Positions 1 through 9,444 of a stretch of 64,000 bases of DNA are shown one piece after another (within the stretch, counting starts at the first letter, position 1; the number at the start of each line of letters is the position of its first letter). The DNA lies in the NCBI GenBank assembly GCA_963712215.1, contig CAVQHA010000007.1, positions 143,583 through 207,582 of the forward strand, in the 5' to 3' direction. Source of the stretch: an uncultured Methanomicrobiales archaeon. GTDB taxonomy: Archaea > Halobacteriota > Methanomicrobia > Methanomicrobiales > JACTUA01. Made by a program: the position numbers and the translations under genes. The notes beneath the pieces are model-generated. The model searched no databases. It saw only the letters and a list, made by a program, of their open reading frames with translations, and had not been told where the DNA came from.

Positions 1-183
1 TCGCGACTTCGTCGCTCCAGGTCGGGTTCTGATGAACCCTCCCTCCCCCAAGAGCCCCAAGACGCTAAATAAACTCAGACCTTGCCCTCCCGGGCGGCGA
101 TTGCACGTTCAGGAGTTATTCAAAGCAGAATAAAGATCCTTGGCAGCTTGCTAATGAAAAGTGAAAAGGTAAGAGGGGGAATT

Positions 184-492
184 TCACCCGAAGAGGGCGC
201 CGAGCCCGGCCATCGCGGACTCTTCTTCCTGCTTCTTGTCCTCCTTCTTCTCCTCGGGCGCCGCTGCCGCTGCTGCGGCAGGGGCCGCTGCGACCGGTGC
301 GGCCGCAACGGGTACAACCGCGGCCTTCGCGATGGCATCGGCGATGTTCACGCCCTCGAGTGCGGCGATGAGGGCCTTCACCCGGGAGTCGTCCACCGCG
401 ACACCCGCGGCGGTAAGAACGGTCTTCACGCTTGCTTCGTCAACTTTCTTTCCTGCGTGGTGCAGGAGCAGTGCAGCATAGATGTATTCCAT
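184..492 (-). CDS. rpl12: 50S ribosomal stalk protein P1 (L12e)
   Basis: 102 aa starting [16 protein letters not shown], with an Ala-rich hinge, an [12 protein letters not shown] acidic/basic tail and C-terminal MAGLGALFG. It is the last gene of the L11-L1-P0-P1 cluster. Confidence 0.93.
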   Translation of the reverse strand: MEYIYAALLLHHAGKKVDEASVKTVLTAAGVAVDDSRVKALIAALEGVNIADAIAKAAVVPVAAAPVAAAPAAAAAAAPEEKKEDKKQEEESAMAGLGALFG

Positions 493-526
493 GTCAGTTC
501 ACCTTCTTTCTCGTCTGAGATTATCC

Positions 527-1381
527 TTATTTTCCACCTACGATTCCATTCAGGGTCTTTGCCTCGCGGGAGGCCCGGGCGATGATGGCGTCCATCACGT
601 CCTTCTCGTAGACGCTCGCCTCGACGGCCAGGTTCTTTGCCTCGGAGAAGGCCTTCCCGATGATCGCGACGGCCGTAACCTTCGTCGGGTAACCTGCCTC
701 CAGAGAGAGGCTGAATGCCTGGCGTGTGGCGAGGGCGATGTCCCGCCGGTAGGCCTCGTCGTCGATGGCGAGGCTCTCGGGCCTGAAGATGGTCTTCTCG
801 TAGAAGGCCGCCTGGAGCCGCAGGCCCACGTCCATGGGCCTGATCTCGAGCTTCGAGAGGATGTCGGCGACCTTCTTCGAGATCACGTCGCCCTTCTTCA
901 CGACGACCTTCGTGTCCCGGATCCTCACCTTGCCGGCGTCGATGACGGCAGGGATCCCCGCCGCCTGGAGCTCGCCGACGACAGGGCCCGGCTTGAAGCT
1001 CGTGGGCCCCTTGGAGACGACGATGTCCTCGGGGGCGACCTCGCCCGCCTTCGCGGCCATCTTCGTCTTCGTCTTCTCCAGCGTCCTGAAGAGGGAGAAC
1101 GGGTTCTGGTTCGTGAAGATGAGGGCACTCTGGCCTTCGATGAACTTCTCGAGGTCCGCGTAGTCGCCGCCCAGTTCCGCAAAGGCATGCTCGATGAGGG
1201 TGTTCCTCGTCATGCGGAGCACCGCCTTCCCGTGGAGGTCCCTGCGGATCCCCTGGAGCTGGGCCGCGGGGATGCCGTGGACGTCCACGAGCGAGATCAC
1301 CGCATAGTCCTTTGCCCAGACCTTGATCTTCTCCACCTCGTCCCGCTTCCACTTCGGGAGGTGGTGCGTGTAGAGGGCCAT
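527..1381 (-). CDS. rplP0: 50S ribosomal protein P0 (uL10)
   Basis: Intact 284-aa ORF (MALYTHHLPKWKRDEVEKIKVWAK...) lying between L1 and P1, as in archaeal stalk operons. Confidence 0.93.
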   Translation of the reverse strand: MALYTHHLPKWKRDEVEKIKVWAKDYAVISLVDVHGIPAAQLQGIRRDLHGKAVLRMTRNTLIEHAFAELGGDYADLEKFIEGQSALIFTNQNPFSLFRTLEKTKTKMAAKAGEVAPEDIVVSKGPTSFKPGPVVGELQAAGIPAVIDAGKVRIRDTKVVVKKGDVISKKVADILSKLEIRPMDVGLRLQAAFYEKTIFRPESLAIDDEAYRRDIALATRQAFSLSLEAGYPTKVTAVAIIGKAFSEAKNLAVEASVYEKDVMDAIIARASREAKTLNGIVGGK

Positions 1382-1382
1382 C

Positions 1383-2024
1383 TCACACCAGCCTCACTGC
1401 GGGCCCCATGGTGGTCTTCACGAAGACCGAGCGGACATTCATGTGCCCCTGCTCGAGGACGGACTCGATCCTCTTTATCACAACGTCGATGTTCTCGGCG
1501 ATCAGGTTCGGGTCCATCTCGGTCGACCCCACCTTCGCGTGGAAGGTGGTCCGGTCCTTGGTCCGGATCTTCACCGACGAGCGGAGCCGGTCCACCATCG
1601 GCCGGATATCGGTCCCGGGCTGGACGGGGATGGGCATGCGCCCCCGCGGGCCGAGCCTGGGCCCGAGGTACCTCCCCACCTGGGACATGACCGACGTCTC
1701 TGCGATGAAGAAGCGGTACTCGCCGGCAATCTTTCGCGCCTCGCGGGGTGCGCCTCCCAGGCGCTCGATCTCCTCGGAGGAGATGATCAGGTCCACCTTG
1801 GCGTCCTTCGCCTTGGACGTGATATCCCCCTTCCCGAGCACGGCGATCTTCACTCCCCCGAGCTGGTGGGGGAGGAGGATCGTCTCGTCGATCCGGTTCT
1901 TGGGCTGGGACAGGTCGATGTTCTTTAAGTTCACCGTAATGTCCACGCTCTCCCGGAACTTCCGCTTGGGGGCGCTCTCTATGGCCGTCTTCACGGTCGT
2001 GACAATCTTTTCCTTCTCAACCAT
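1383..2024 (-). CDS. rpl1: 50S ribosomal protein uL1
   Basis: Intact 213-aa ORF (MVEKEKIVTTVKTAIESAPKRKFRESVDITVNLK...) with typical uL1 sequence and position. Confidence 0.95.
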   Translation of the reverse strand: MVEKEKIVTTVKTAIESAPKRKFRESVDITVNLKNIDLSQPKNRIDETILLPHQLGGVKIAVLGKGDITSKAKDAKVDLIISSEEIERLGGAPREARKIAGEYRFFIAETSVMSQVGRYLGPRLGPRGRMPIPVQPGTDIRPMVDRLRSSVKIRTKDRTTFHAKVGSTEMDPNLIAENIDVVIKRIESVLEQGHMNVRSVFVKTTMGPAVRLV

Positions 2025-2078
2025 CTGATACCTCCATAGTCTTCGACCTTCCTCTCGATCTCCTATGGTCAGTCTCCT

Positions 2079-2552
2079 TCATGCCAGGCGCTCATCGAAC
2101 TCGCCCGCATCGATGGCTGCAAGGAGATCCTTCGGCCTCCGCCCCTCCACGGTGACTCCCATGGAGACGCAGGTGCCGATGACCTCCTTGACACCGCTCT
2201 TCGTTGTATACGAGAGCATGTCGCCAGTCTTCATGCGGGCGATCCGGATGGCCGCCTCAAGCGGCAGGTTCCCCACCAGCTGCGTGCTGGGTGTGGGCGA
2301 TCCCTTCTCGATCCCGGCCTCCTTCTTGATGAGGGCGGTGGTCGGAGGGGTCCCCACGGTCACCGTGAACTGCTTCCTGTCGTCGACCTCGATCTTGACC
2401 GGGACCTGCATGCCATTATAGTCTGCCGTCTTCCGGTTGATCTCGTCCACGACCGCCTTCACGTTGATACCAAGGGGGCCCAGTGAAGGCCCCAATGGCT
2501 GGCCGGGTGTTGCCCTGCCGCCGGGTACCAGTACCTCGACGATCTCTCCCAT
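2079..2552 (-). CDS. rpl11: 50S ribosomal protein uL11
   Basis: Intact 157-aa ORF (VPGGRATPGQPLGPSLGPLGINV...TVGTPPTTALIKKEAGIEKGS) with typical uL11 motifs. Confidence 0.95.
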   Translation of the reverse strand: MGEIVEVLVPGGRATPGQPLGPSLGPLGINVKAVVDEINRKTADYNGMQVPVKIEVDDRKQFTVTVGTPPTTALIKKEAGIEKGSPTPSTQLVGNLPLEAAIRIARMKTGDMLSYTTKSGVKEVIGTCVSMGVTVEGRRPKDLLAAIDAGEFDERLA

Positions 2553-2600
2553 AACGTTTCCACCAAAGCAGATGCGACCCTGAAGGGCTCACCGCTTGGG

Positions 2601-2610
2601 TTATATAAAG
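2601..2610 (-). promoter_or_regulatory. Candidate TATA box for rpl11
   Basis: The minus strand reads CTTTATATAA about 50 nt upstream of the rpl11 ATG, which fits the archaeal TATA consensus. Confidence 0.45.
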
Positions 2611-2624
2611 TCGCGCCGGGGGGT

Positions 2625-2630
2625 TAAAAA
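2625..2630 (-). terminator. Oligo-T tract after the nusG 3-prime repeat array
   Basis: T6 on the minus strand (GATACTTTTTTAACC), just downstream of the repeat array and upstream of the rpl11 TATA box. Confidence 0.35.
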
Positions 2631-2652
2631 AGTATCAATTGGGTGACGGGGA

Positions 2653-2836
2653 GGACCTTACCTGTCCTCGACTTTCGCGGAAAACCGCCCCGGTTTTCCG
2701 CCGGCAGAGGCCCTAACATGTCCTCTACCTTCGTGAAACCCTTCAGTTTCCCTCGAGGATCGGACCTTACATATCCTCGACATTCGCGGAAATCCTCGCG
2801 GATTTCCGCCAGTAGAGTCCCTTACATGTCCTCTAC
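2653..2836 (-). repeat. Four ~55-nt tandem units: the nusG stop region plus three degenerate downstream copies, each with hairpins
   Basis: CCTTAC/CCTAAC anchors sit at 2656, 2712, 2765 and 2820. On the minus strand the copies read AKVEDR*, TKVEDML and ANVEDM*, against the real gene end EKVEDM*. Perfect hairpins lie at 2677-2701 (11 bp) and 2786-2809 (10 bp, GCGA loop on the minus strand). Confidence 0.8.
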
Positions 2837-3349
2837 TTTCTCCACGACCCGCACATGGTCGCCGCGGACGGTGATGGGGATGGGGACCACGGACTCGTAG
2901 AGCTCGACCGTGATCTCCTCCTTCCCCATGTCGACCCTCTTCACGACGGCCTTCTCCCCCTTGAAGGGGCCGGCGATGAGCTCGACGATCGTCCCCTCGT
3001 CGATCCCGCTCACCACGGGCTTCGGCACCAGGAAGTGGGCGACCTCCTCGAGCTTCGTCTCGCCCTTTACCACCGCGCGCGCATGGGGGATCATCTCCAC
3101 CAGCTGCTCGATCCGCGCATGACTCTCCGGGGTCTCGACGAGCACGTACCCGCGGAGCTCGTCGGGGACGATGATCGCTACCACCTTGATATCGGTCTGG
3201 GTCTCGACCGCCTTCTTGATGCTGTCAGCAACCGCCCGCTCCTGCTTCGCGGTGGTCTTGATCGCAAAGATCTTGTTCCCCGCCGTGGCGGGGTTCTCCG
3301 TCGGCACCGGAGTCTCCGGGGGTTTTACCTCGTCGGTCATGAGAACCAC
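2822..3349 (-). CDS. nusG: Transcription elongation factor Spt5 (NusG)
   Basis: Intact 175-aa ORF with NGN ([21 protein letters not shown]) and KOW ([14 protein letters not shown]) regions, between secE and rpl11. The start may instead be the ATG at 3340. Confidence 0.9.
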   Translation of the reverse strand: MVLMTDEVKPPETPVPTENPATAGNKIFAIKTTAKQERAVADSIKKAVETQTDIKVVAIIVPDELRGYVLVETPESHARIEQLVEMIPHARAVVKGETKLEEVAHFLVPKPVVSGIDEGTIVELIAGPFKGEKAVVKRVDMGKEEITVELYESVVPIPITVRGDHVRVVEKVEDM

Positions 3350-3353
3350 GTTC

Positions 3354-3530
3354 CTAGTGCGGGAGGGCGGTCATGAACGAGAGGATCAGGAAACCGATGA
3401 GGCCGATGAGGAGGATCCCCGCGGCCGCGACGATCGCGATCTTCTGGAATTCATCCCGGGTAGGGGTCCGCGCGAGTCTGATGACGCGCCAGTATTTGTG
3501 GAAGAGTTCTTCCTCTATCTTGAAAGCCAT
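3354..3530 (-). CDS. secE: Preprotein translocase subunit SecE (Sec61 gamma)
   Basis: 58-aa ORF below the ORF-track cutoff: [58 protein letters not shown]. It has a single C-terminal TM helix and the canonical position upstream of nusG. Confidence 0.8.
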   Translation of the reverse strand: MAFKIEEELFHKYWRVIRLARTPTRDEFQKIAIVAAAGILLIGLIGFLILSFMTALPH

Positions 3531-3561
3531 TATTCCTCACGTATTCTTACTTCATGTCTTC

Positions 3562-4696
3562 CTACTTCATGAAGTCTATCTCGAAATGCTTGGCAACCCT
3601 CCGGGGTGCCTCCTTCTCGGATCTCCCGTAGATCTGGGGGGAGTGGACGCCGGTGACCACGAGCATGGTCCGCATCCGGTGCTGCATGGTCGGGTCCACC
3701 ATCGCGCCCCAGATGATCCGGGCGTTCGGGTCCACCCGGTCGAAGACCTCCTGGACGACCCCCTCGGCTTCGGCGATGGTCATGTCCGGGCCGCCCACCA
3801 CGTTCACGAGTGCGGCGGTGGCGCCCGAGATGTCCACGTCGAGGAGCGGGGACCGCAGCGCCTTCTTCACGGAATCGGCGGCCTTGTCCTCGGCATCGCT
3901 CTCGCCCATCCCGATCATGGCGACCCCGCCCCGCTCCATGACCGTCCGCACGTCGGCAAAGTCCAGGTTCACGAGGCCTGGGAGGGTGATGAGCTCGGTG
4001 ATCCCCTTCACGGCCCGCATGAGCACCTCGTCGGCTACCTTGAAGGCGGCGTAGAGGGGGAGCCTGGGGACGACCTCAAGGAGCCGGTCGTTCGGGACCA
4101 CGATGACGGTATCGGCGATATCCCGGAGCCGCTCGAGGCCTGCCTCCGCGTTCTCGCGCCGGATGGAGCCTTCGGCGGTGAACGGCAGGGTGACGATCGC
4201 GATGGTCAGGGCGCCCTGTTCGCGGGCGGCTTTTGCGACAACCGGTGCTGCGCCTGTCCCGGTCCCTCCGCCGAGGCCGGTGGTGAGGAAGACCATGTCG
4301 CAGCCCGCGACCGCCTTTTTGATCTCCTCCACCGATTCGACGGCCGCCTCCTCCCCTACCTGCGGGATGGACCCGGCCCCGAGCCCCCTCGTCCGCTGCC
4401 GGCCGAGGAGGATCCGGGTACTGGGCCTGGGTGCGGATCAGGTGCTGGGCATCCGTGTTCATGGCGATGAGCCGGGCACCATGGATCCCCTCCTCCATGA
4501 TGCGGGTGATGGTATTGGACCCGCTCCCCCCGCAGCCGATGACCGCGATCTCGGTCCGCAGCTGGGAGAGAACCTCCTCGAGCTCCTTATCAGACTGGGG
4601 GGCGACAAACGGTGCAACGGGCGGCTGTGCGGCAGCCGCCATCGCCTTCTGCTCCACCTCGCCCCTCTCCAACGCCTCTTCGATCACGGACTTCAT
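3562..4696 (-). CDS. ftsZ: Cell division GTPase FtsZ, interrupted by one frameshift
   Basis: The N-terminal fragment (frame of 4076..4696) reads [17 protein letters not shown]...[12 protein letters not shown]. The C-terminal fragment (frame of 3562..4332) reads [15 protein letters not shown]...[15 protein letters not shown]. The frames join at about 4414-4418, where a C/G run carries one extra base. Confidence 0.9.
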
Positions 4697-6012
4697 AAGT
4701 ATGACTCCAACCCCGGGATGTGGATCTCTGTAATTCTGGCTGTCTGGACCATGGACGGGGCGATAACCCTCCCGTCGAGGTCGATCTCATCGCCTGCTGA
4801 CAACCTGCCAAAGAGCGGTCCCTTCGGGACCCCGAGTGCAGATGCTTTCCCGGGGTCGAAACGGAACCTCCTGATGATCAGGCGATCACCTTCAACAGCC
4901 GCATCCTGACGTTCAATAATGATTTTCACACACAGGTTTATTAAGTCATGGATGACGCCGTCCTTCCGCTCCTCATCCGTGACGAAGGCGGGGAGAACGT
5001 TCCTCCCGCCGCCAGAGAGGTGGACGACGGGCATGAGTTCCAGGCCTGCGATGAATCCCTTCTCATCGGACTTCGCGGCCTCGGCAACGAGGACCGGATC
5101 CATCCCGACAATGACCGGCCGCCCGAGGGTGGTGAGCCGGTGCGGATGGCAGCGGGCACCGGGATATGCCTCTCCGGCCAGGGTGCGGACCGCGAGGTAG
5201 GAGGACCATTCCATTTCACCCACCGAGAGGATCTCGCCCTCGGTGAGGACCGGAAGGCCGATCTTCCCGAGGATCTCCTCGATATGGGAGAGATCCCGGG
5301 TATCGAGGGCTTTCCTGTCGATGTACGCGGCGGCCGCCCGGCTCCGGTCCCGCATCATCACGACCATCTCCCCGTCGAGTGCCCCCACCTCGCGGCTGTG
5401 GGCGATGTGCCCGAACGCCCCGCGGGACGTGCAGGCTATCTCCGTCTGGCGGGCGGCGTAATGGTTCCCCCCGAACCCGATGAGGGGGATGGCATCGGTA
5501 GGGACAGCGGCGAGGATACTTTCTGCAACCGCCCTTCCTGCTCGGGGATCGGCCCACTCCGTGGCGGTTGACCCGATCTCCGCGAAGAAAGACGGGGTCG
5601 TGAGCTCAGTCGGGCCGTGGTGGGTCACCTCGTAGGAGACGGCATATCCCGGGGGCGCCCTCCGGCGGAGTTCCCGGAGGATCGCCTGCATGAAAGGCGG
5701 GCAGGCCGGCGGGAGGGAGCGGGGCCTCCCGCCGAGGTCGGCACCCGACAGGTTACCGGTCACGTGGACGGTGAGGACAGGAACGGGATCCCTGCTTGTG
5801 TGCCGGGAGATGAAGAGGAGGAGGTCTGAAGGGTATTCCCTGTCAATCCCGTCTGCGTGGATGAGCCGGCCCTCAACCTCGTGAAGCTCGAAGGACGGCC
5901 CGCCCATGCCACGGATTCCGGAAGCAGGCAGGAGCTCCTCCATGTGACGCCGGATGTTTCTTCCCGCCTGGTCCTGGGCCGAGTTGATGACGGCCACCCG
6001 TAACGCTCCCAT
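4693..6012 (-). CDS. dtdA: D-aminoacyl-tRNA deacylase, archaeal DtdA type
   Basis: 439 aa from [17 protein letters not shown], the internal Met of ORF 4693..6801. Its TGA overlaps the ftsZ ATG (ATGA). The ORF portion upstream of 6012 is antisense to moeA and not credible. Confidence 0.75.
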   Translation of the reverse strand: MGALRVAVINSAQDQAGRNIRRHMEELLPASGIRGMGGPSFELHEVEGRLIHADGIDREYPSDLLLFISRHTSRDPVPVLTVHVTGNLSGADLGGRPRSLPPACPPFMQAILRELRRRAPPGYAVSYEVTHHGPTELTTPSFFAEIGSTATEWADPRAGRAVAESILAAVPTDAIPLIGFGGNHYAARQTEIACTSRGAFGHIAHSREVGALDGEMVVMMRDRSRAAAAYIDRKALDTRDLSHIEEILGKIGLPVLTEGEILSVGEMEWSSYLAVRTLAGEAYPGARCHPHRLTTLGRPVIVGMDPVLVAEAAKSDEKGFIAGLELMPVVHLSGGGRNVLPAFVTDEERKDGVIHDLINLCVKIIIERQDAAVEGDRLIIRRFRFDPGKASALGVPKGPLFGRLSAGDEIDLDGRVIAPSMVQTARITEIHIPGLESYL

Positions 6013-6049
6013 GGTGCACCGATGGTAAACACTATGTTGGAGGAAAGGA

Positions 6050-6238
6050 ATGATTGTTACCATGGACGACGCCCTCATCAAAAAAGCCTTCGACGAATCC
6101 GGTATCGGGAGCGACCTGCCCTGCCCGAAAGCCTTCGAGATATCCGAAAAGTACGGGATCCCCAAGATGGAGATCGCCAGGTACTGCAACAAGCACAAGG
6201 TCAAGATCAGGAAGTGCCAGCTGGGCTGCTTCGGATGA
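6050..6238 (+). CDS. Small Cys-containing protein of unknown function, translationally coupled to moeA
   Basis: 62 aa ending KCQLGCFG, with four Cys in total. Its stop overlaps the moeA ATG (ATGA at 6235-6238). Confidence 0.55.
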   Translation: MIVTMDDALIKKAFDESGIGSDLPCPKAFEISEKYGIPKMEIARYCNKHKVKIRKCQLGCFG

Positions 6239-7471
6239 GCCTCTTTCTCAGGGTCGTCACTCTCGAGGAAGCCGTCAGCGTGATCCTGGGGATCGCCCCG
6301 CATCCCACGCAGGAAGAGGTCGCCCTGGGGGAAGCCCTGCACCGCGTCCTCGCCCGGGATACGATCACAGGGGAAGATATCCCCGGGTTCGCACGGACGA
6401 CCGTGGACGGTTACGCGGTCAGGGCCGCGGAGACAGTCGGGGCCGGGGAGTCCCTTCCGTCCATCCTCCGGATGGCAGGGGAGGTCTCCATGGGAAGAGA
6501 ACCGGGCGGTCCCCTGGGGCGAGGTGAGGGGATCTACCTCCCGACAGGTGCCATGCTCCCGCCCGGCGCTGATGCCGCCGTGATGATCGAGTACACGGAA
6601 CGGATTGGGGACGATATCCTGGTAAAGAGACCCGTAGCCCCGGGAGAGAATGTCATCCTTACCGGAGAGGACTTCCCGAAAGGGGCCGTCATCCTCCCGA
6701 AAGGTACGCGCCTCTCCCCCCGGGATATAGGGATACTTGCTGCCGCCGGTCATGACAGGGTCACCGTCAACCGGATGACCGGTTATCGGGGTCATCTCCA
6801 CGGGAAACGAGCTGGTACCCGTCAGCGCGAAACCCGGCCCCGGGGAGGTGAGGGACGCAAACGGCCCAATGTGCGCCGCGTTCGTGGAAGAGGCAGGGTG
6901 CAGCCCCAGGTCCTATGGGATCATCAGGGACGATCGGGCTCACCTCGGTGCAGCCGTGGACAGGGCAACGGGAGAATGCGACGTGATCCTCATATCGGGT
7001 GGCTCGTCCAAGGACGTGCGGGACCTGGCAGCGTCGATCATAGCGGAGAAGGGCGAGGTGCTCGTCCACGGGATCGGGATCGCACCCGGGAAGCCAACCA
7101 TCATCGGTCGTGCAGGAGGAAGACCGGTCATCGGCCTCCCCGGCCACCCCGCATCCGCCTATGTGATCCTCCATACCCTTGCAGGGCCCCTCCTCGCGGC
7201 GATGTCCGGGTCCCCGAGACCCGAGAGGAAGGTCCAGGCGATACTCGGCGAAAACATCCCGTCCCAGAAGGGGAGGGTGGAGTTCGTCCGGGTCAGGATC
7301 GAGGGGGGCAGGGCCATCCCGTGCTTCGGAAAGAGCGGTCTCCGAGCAATCCCGCTCTTTGGGAAGAGCGGTCTCCTCAACACCTTCGCGGGGAGCGACG
7401 GGCTCATCCAGGTGCCCGCCGGGAGCGAGGGCCTCGAGTCCGGTGAGACCGTCGAGGTGATCCTCTGGTGA
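6235..7471 (+). CDS. moeA: Molybdopterin molybdenumtransferase MoeA, one frameshift
   Basis: N-terminal frame: MSLFLRVVTLEEA...GFARTTVDGYAV...LPTGAMLPPGADAVVMIE. C-terminal frame (6848..7471, extended upstream): PVIGVISTGNELV...ILISGGSSKDVRD...GKPTIIG...GLPGHPASAY. The junction is at about 6772-6778. Confidence 0.88.
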
Positions 7472-9318
7472 AGCGCTACCTCTCCCTTACACCACTCGGA
7501 GAAGCCCGTGGAATCCTCGGCCGTTCTTTCACCTTCACCCCCTCCACCGAACGGGTCCCCGTGGCAACGGCCGGCGGGAGGGTGACGGCCTCCCCGATAT
7601 TTGCCCGGTTCTCGGTCCCGGGAGCGCATCTTGCGGCCATGGACGGGATCGCGGTCCTCTCCGAGGAGACCTTCGGGGCAGGAGAGCAGCGGCCGGTGAC
7701 CCTCCGGGGAGCGATCGGGTGAACACCGGGAACCTCCTCCCTCCAGAGGCCGACGCGGTCATCATGATCGAGGATGTCAGGATCGATGGAGACCGGTTCA
7801 CCATCCGCAGGCCGGCGACGCCCTGGCAGCATGTCCGCCCCGTCGGGGAGGACATCGGGGAGACCGAGATGATCCTCCCCTCCTGCCACCGCATCCGCCC
7901 CCACGAGATCGGGGCCCTCGCGGCCTACGGTATAGCGGACGTGGAGGTCCTCACCGTGAGGATCGGGCTCATCCCCACGGGGAGCGAGCTCGTCCCCCGG
8001 GGGAGAAGCCGGGCCCTGGCCAGGTCGTGGAGTCCAACACGGTCATGGCCGCGGCATGGCTCGACGGGATGGGGGCCAGGTGTACCGGTATCCCCTTACC
8101 CCCGATGATTCCGATCTTATCCGGTCCCGGATCAGTGAAGCGGTGGATGCAAACGACCTCGTGATCATCTCGGCCGGTTCCTCGGCTGGCACGAGGGACT
8201 TCACCGCGGATACGATAGCGGATCTCGGGGAAGTCCTCCTTCACGGCGTGGCAATGAAGCCCGGGAAGCCGGTCATCCTCGGGAGGATCCGTGGGAAGCC
8301 GGTCGTCGGGCTTCCCGGGTATCCCCTCTCGGCGGTCACGGTCCTCCGGGAGATGGTGATCCCGCTGCTCGCCCGGTACGGGCTGCCCCGTGACCCCGGC
8401 CACACGGTTCCTGCCATCCTCTCCTCGGCCCTCGCATCAGAGGTCGGCGTAGAGGAGTTCGTCTTCCTGTCCCTGGGGAAGATAGAGGGGCGCTGGGTGG
8501 CAGTGCCCCACGGCAGGGGGGCAGGCGTCCAGATGAGCGGCGTGAGAGCGAATGCTTACCTCTCCATTGACGCCGAAGAGGAGGGGGTGGAGGCGGGGAG
8601 GAGATACAGGGCCATCTCACCGTTCCGGAGGAGGAGGCCGCCAAGGCCCTCATCCTGACGGGGAGCCATGACCCTGCCCTCGATCTCCTGGCAGACCATC
8701 TGGCGAAGGCCGGGGTCGCGCTCCACAGCGCCCACCAGGGTTCCATGGGGGGCCTCATCGCGCTCTCGAAGAGGGTCTGCCACGGCGCCCCGATGCATCT
8801 TCTCGCCGAAGACGGGACCTATAACACCCCGTACCTCAGCCGCCACCTGCCGGGAGAGGACCTGGTCATCTTCTGCCTCGCAGGGAGGGAGCAGGGGATC
8901 ATCTCCCGCGAGAGCCTTGCCATCGAAGACCTCCCGAAGGTCCGGTTCATCAACCGGCAGAAGGGATCCGGGACCCGGATCCTCCTCGACCACCTCCTCT
9001 CTGAAAAGGGGAATCCCGCAGGACTCCATCGCCGGTTACGACAGGGAGGTTACCACACACCTCGCCGTCGCCCTCGCCGTGAAGACAGGGGAGGCTGACG
9101 CGGGCCTGGGGGTCTACTCCGCGGCAAAGGCTTTCCACCTCTCCTTCGTGCCGGTGGCCCGGGAGCCCTACGAGCTCGTCTTCCACGCCGATACCTGGGA
9201 GGACCCCCGGGTGAAGGCCCTCGTAACCGCGGTCACCTCGGACTCTTTCAAGCAGGGCCTGGAGGCTCTCGGGGGATATGACACCACCATGACCGGCAGG
9301 ATACGGCGTCTGCCCTGA
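7468..9318 (+). CDS. MoeA paralog fused to a C-terminal periplasmic-binding-protein-like domain, about 5 frameshifts
   Basis: The MoeA core (IPTGSELVPPGEKPGPGQVVESN, VIISAGSSAGTRDF, GKPVILG, GLPGYPLSA) is followed by LTGSHDPALDLLADHL...GGLIALSKRVCHGAPMHLL...INRQKGSGTRILLD...VKTGEADAGLGV. The frame changes near 7717, 7996, 8075, 8598 and 9012. The GTG start overlaps the moeA stop. Confidence 0.8.
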
Positions 9319-9411
9319 GAACCACCCCCGGGCGGGGTAATGAGCTCCGTCGATCTTTCAAGACCTCTGTGCAGAGCGAATCGCCCGGGCGGCAACCGCG
9401 ATCTCCCAGAG

Positions 9412-9421
9412 ATTTAAAAAA
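9412..9421 (+). promoter_or_regulatory. Candidate TATA box for ileS (near-leaderless transcript)
   Basis: ATTTAAAAAA centred about 29 nt upstream of the ileS ATG at 9445. Confidence 0.4.
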
Positions 9422-9444
9422 TGCTTTGATATGGGAGATCCAAC

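Noticed and set aside
82-585. ORFs in the first ~180 nt and overlapping rpl12 (82..585+, 120..338-, 236..481+)
   Set aside because: They overlap the clearly real rpl12 gene and have low-complexity translations. I could support no gene in 1-183; only a small GCGAC-TTC-GTCGC hairpin at 3-15 was noted.
4414-4418. Methylation-motif-linked systematic basecalling error. Several indels sit at or next to CCGG, or follow TAC with an extra C (ftsZ 4414, ileS 11807, trmB 54365, DUF460 ~46765, uvrA ~63455)
   Set aside because: CCGG is very frequent in this GC-rich sequence. Other indels lie in unrelated contexts (for example 10885, 11873, 9012). Without counts against a background model the pattern is not demonstrable.
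6013-6801. N-terminal 263 residues of ORF 4693..6801
   Set aside because: This part is antisense to the small ORF and moeA. The recognisable DtdA sequence begins at the internal Met at 6012, giving a typical ~439-aa protein.
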